A stretch of DNA of 44,200 bases from Perkinsus chesapeaki ATCC PRA-425 (lineage: Eukaryota > Protista > Perkinsozoa), in the NCBI GenBank assembly GCA_013115145.1, contig JAAPAO010000273.1:1-44200 (forward strand). The letters run 5' to 3'. The notes under the pieces were generated by a model. The model ran no database searches. It saw nothing but the letters and a program-made list of their open reading frames with translations, and was not told where the DNA came from. The position numbers and the translations under genes are program-made. This document shows, piece by piece, positions 41,075 through 44,200 of this stretch. Numbering within the stretch: the stretch's first letter is position 1; every line of letters begins with the position of its first letter.

Positions 41075-41642
41075 AGGCTATCATGTGAACATGATGATCA
41101 ATGCTGCTACTGAAGTCACTGAGTGTTGCGTGAAGTAATAGGGCATCTTCAGTCGTTGGTGTAGGGGCGGAATGGTGGTCAAGATGGCCAGTAAGTTAAC
41201 ACTGTGGTGGAAGTGAGCATATGGTCACATGGTGATGTCTTTAAACGATGCATGACCTGGATACATATTCTGATTGAGAACTTATTTGACCAGTAATGTA
41301 CCTAATATATTAAAGGTGTGATTTATTAAATTGACCTTTATATTCCAAACCTTTCCCAGTCACTGAGTTCTGCCCGTTATAGTGAGGCGCACAAGAGAGC
41401 TAAAAAGGAATATATCACCACAGTTACATTATTCTTGTACAGCTTCTACTAGGCTGCGTTCCGGATGGTGGCGAAAACCGCTTAAGGCTTAATGTTGCCC
41501 GTGAAATGCAACTAGCTCCCACATTGTCAGATGGCAAGAGCCCCCTTTATTGGGTCGATTCCTGTGTGTCCATGGATGTGTTACTTTATTAGATCGAGAC
41601 AGCTATTCCCTATAGGACTATATTCTCTAGTTCGATTGGTTC

Positions 41643-44094
41643 ATGTCACTATCAAGGGCAGTAAAGGAGATCAAGCAGGTGGCAATACTAACCGCAACCA
41701 ACCCACCGGTGGCATCTCAAAGAGAGATCGCTGCCAAGTGGTCTGCTGCTCTTGAAGCGTTCGTCCAAAGAATAGGTGCTTCATCCGGAGCAGGCACGAT
41801 CGAGGTCTCTCCTATGAACCTATCTCGAGCGCTGCAAGATGTAGCTAAGCATGCACCTGAACAAGGAAGGTCTCTGGTGTATGCCATCTTACCGAACATC
41901 ATGGACGGCGACCGTGGTGGCAACGGCCCTCTGCCGACTTTGGGAGCATTCGGGCCCGTGGAGCTTGCGTACTTGGCGAACAGCATTGCCAATATTATAG
42001 GGTCCGACTCGAATGCGAGGCAATCTCGGGAGCTGCTTCGACGGTTCGGGCAAGAAGTGGGGGAGTACTTCTCCAAGCCAGGGAGGCTGGAGGCTGTACC
42101 CATCTACACGCTGGTGACTCTCACGAATGCCCTCAATAGGCTGGGGTACGACGGAGCATCGCGAAGACGAAGAGAGGAGGACCTATATTCTCGATTCGAT
42201 CGCCTGTGCTGCAGCAAGATCGAATCGATGAACGCTAGCGATATTGCGGTGGCCCTTCAATCCTTCCACAATGGCGGCTGTCGGCAAGTCAGGCCCTCTT
42301 TGGAGCTTCTCAGTAAAGCCTCGGAGCGTCTAAAGGGCGATCTCAGGCAGCAGGTGGGATGCTTTGGTGCTGCGGAGCTTGGTAGCGGTGACCTTAGATA
42401 CCTTCTAAAAGCCTGGCACAGCTGCTTAACATATTTGTGACGTTTGGATATACGCAGGATAGAGATCTACTTGTATTCCTTTTTGAGTCCATTCTGGCAA
42501 CACCTGCTGAGGAGCTGGAGGTACCTCTGATGTGGGTCGAGCTACGTCACGTCACGCTCAGGTCTTCTGTGCTCCTCTGGCGCTGAACTCCCTCTCCAAA
42601 TGCTACAAGGCCTTGAATGACGACAGCGACATACCACTGCCGACAACTCTGGTTTTCAATCTAGCCACGAAGTAGCACGACTGGGCTGTCACCTGGCATG
42701 TCTTTGATAGGCACATTCTGCCCAGACTCGATGAGCTTGCCTCCTGCCAAGTCGCGAATGTGGTGAACGCCCTTGGCAGCCTGCAGGTCATGGACTATCG
42801 CTTGCTGAAGAGTATGTCTCATCTGATCGCCAACAGTGACGGCGGTCGTCGAATTCCCCTGGAGACATTCTCCTTCCAGGAGCTCAGCAATATATCCCAC
42901 GGCTTCGCGAAAATATCGTAAGTATCTTTGTCGACCAGTAGAAGATACGAACGCCATCTTTGTCAGTTACGGTAGCAGTGACCTCTACAGCACGCTTTTC
43001 GGCGAGGCCAGTCGGCGAAGAAGCGAGTTTGACTCTCAAGGCGTATCCATGTTCCTCGATTCGGTGCGACGTGTTGCTAATCGATGGTTTAATAGCATGA
43101 TGAGAGATCCCAATCGCCCAGGGCCTCAGCCGGGTACGTGGTCGGGTACGTGGTCGGGTACCTGGGAGTGCGATGAGAAACAACACGCGCTTGCTGTGCA
43201 GCTGGAACATTCTCAAACGCTTTGCGTAGTATTGCTCTCCCTGATAGCCGACTCTGTATTCTATACTACCGTCCTTCTAAGTGTACCGATGATATTGTCC
43301 GCTGCTGTTCAGGCCTACAGTACATTCCTCACTCCTTGATGGATTCAATAAGGCAGTTGTTAGCCTCTTGTGAATCTTGGTCTAAAGAGCGCCTGCAGAT
43401 GCCTCACAGTGGCGGAATAAGCGTGCAGTCTGCTACCCAGATTTTGCTATGTCTTGTGGAACTCGGTCGAGGCAGCGCGGCGTCCGAGTCTCCCTTGGCG
43501 AAATGCTTCAGCCGGACAGCCTCCACCAAAGGTGAGAAAGAGTCGCTTCATCACCCAGTCACCACGGCGTGTTTTAGGTGATAATTTCGGAGATGACATC
43601 GATTCCATGCTACCGCATTTACTCATTGCTTCTCTGAAGGAGCGGGCCGATAAGCTCACAAAGGAGCAGACTCGACACGTCGCCCATGCGTCCCGAAGAT
43701 ACAAATCGTGCGATTCGGCCACGTACAACGCACTTCCAGAAGAGGTGGGTTTACCCTCGCCGTGGTTACATTCAGTTTTGGTTCTCAGATGATCCGGTGG
43801 CTTGATGACATTCACAGGGAGTTCCCGGCTTCAGTGAAAACTCAGCGCAGTGTTCCTGTGGCGAAGGCGCGGTAAAGGCCGGTTGAACTCCAAAACATGT
43901 TTCTGAAAATTACGTTTCATTATTACGTTGAAGGTGTCGCGTTGCTGCAGTGCAACGGAAAGAGAAAGATGATTGATCACGAACAAATGATCGAATACCG
44001 TAACGTTGTACAAGAAGCGATAGAAGTGCATTGTGTCGTTTTTGCGACAGCGACAACCCTGTGTAACAGATGTCCCTGTGTCATAAATGTGTAA
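41643..44094 (+). CDS. Heptatricopeptide-repeat (HPR/OPR-like) helical RNA-binding protein, probably organellar
   Basis: Repeat starts FGPVELAYLANSIA, MNASDIAVALQSF, LASCQVANVVNALGSL, FSFQELSNISHGFAKI and FDSQGVSMFLDSV. After removing the intron at 42918-42966, the two F residues at 42868 and 43028 are exactly 37 aa apart. Some exon joins are unresolved. Confidence 0.78.
43131..43165 (+). repeat. 12-bp tandem repeat (CGGGTACGTGGT) x ~2.9
   Basis: CGGGTACGTGGT CGGGTACGTGGT CGGGTACCTGG is directly visible and translates as GTWS repeats in ORF 42836-43339. Confidence 0.9.
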
Positions 44095-44200
44095 GATACG
44101 CAGCTACTGTGCTAGGATGGGTAGGTCATGTTGAATGTATTAATGTATTATTGTAGCATTAAGTTAATAGTATTATCATAATATTATTGTTAGTTGATAT

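Overview
This is eukaryotic, intron-rich genomic DNA. Short (about 35-55 nt) GT-AG introns, a dinozoan-type RRM protein, a 37-aa helical repeat protein and lineage-type secreted proteins point to a perkinsid alveolate (Perkinsus-like); this is an inference from gene content and style, not a database result. The bacterial-style ORF track fragments most genes, so I assembled exons by eye and many boundaries are approximate. From left to right the window holds: a small unknown gene; an intronless multi-pass membrane protein; a large multi-exon conserved hypothetical gene (minus strand, 9253->4431); a secreted protein; an intronless RRM protein; an ACAD10/11-type acyl-CoA dehydrogenase ending in a PTS1 (SRL); a helical-repeat protein with a mitochondrial-type presequence; a second secreted protein; a tandem duplication of about 3.3-3.7 kb carrying two divergent secreted double-saposin-like genes; an unknown spliced gene; an NDR-family kinase with a long C-terminal tail; a STIL_N-domain (STIL/SAS-5/Ana2-like) gene; a basic low-complexity gene; and an HPR-type gene. 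The best leads are (1) the saposin-like pair with a conserved RxLxE motif and hypervariable helices, (2) the STIL-like gene, with a decayed copy of one of its exons lying antisense inside a kinase intron, (3) roughly 10-bp-phased A/T-tract arrays in the long introns at 31-40 kb, and (4) an NDR kinase whose hydrophobic-motif Thr is replaced by Tyr. I recognised no rRNA, tRNA, CRISPR array or intact mobile element.
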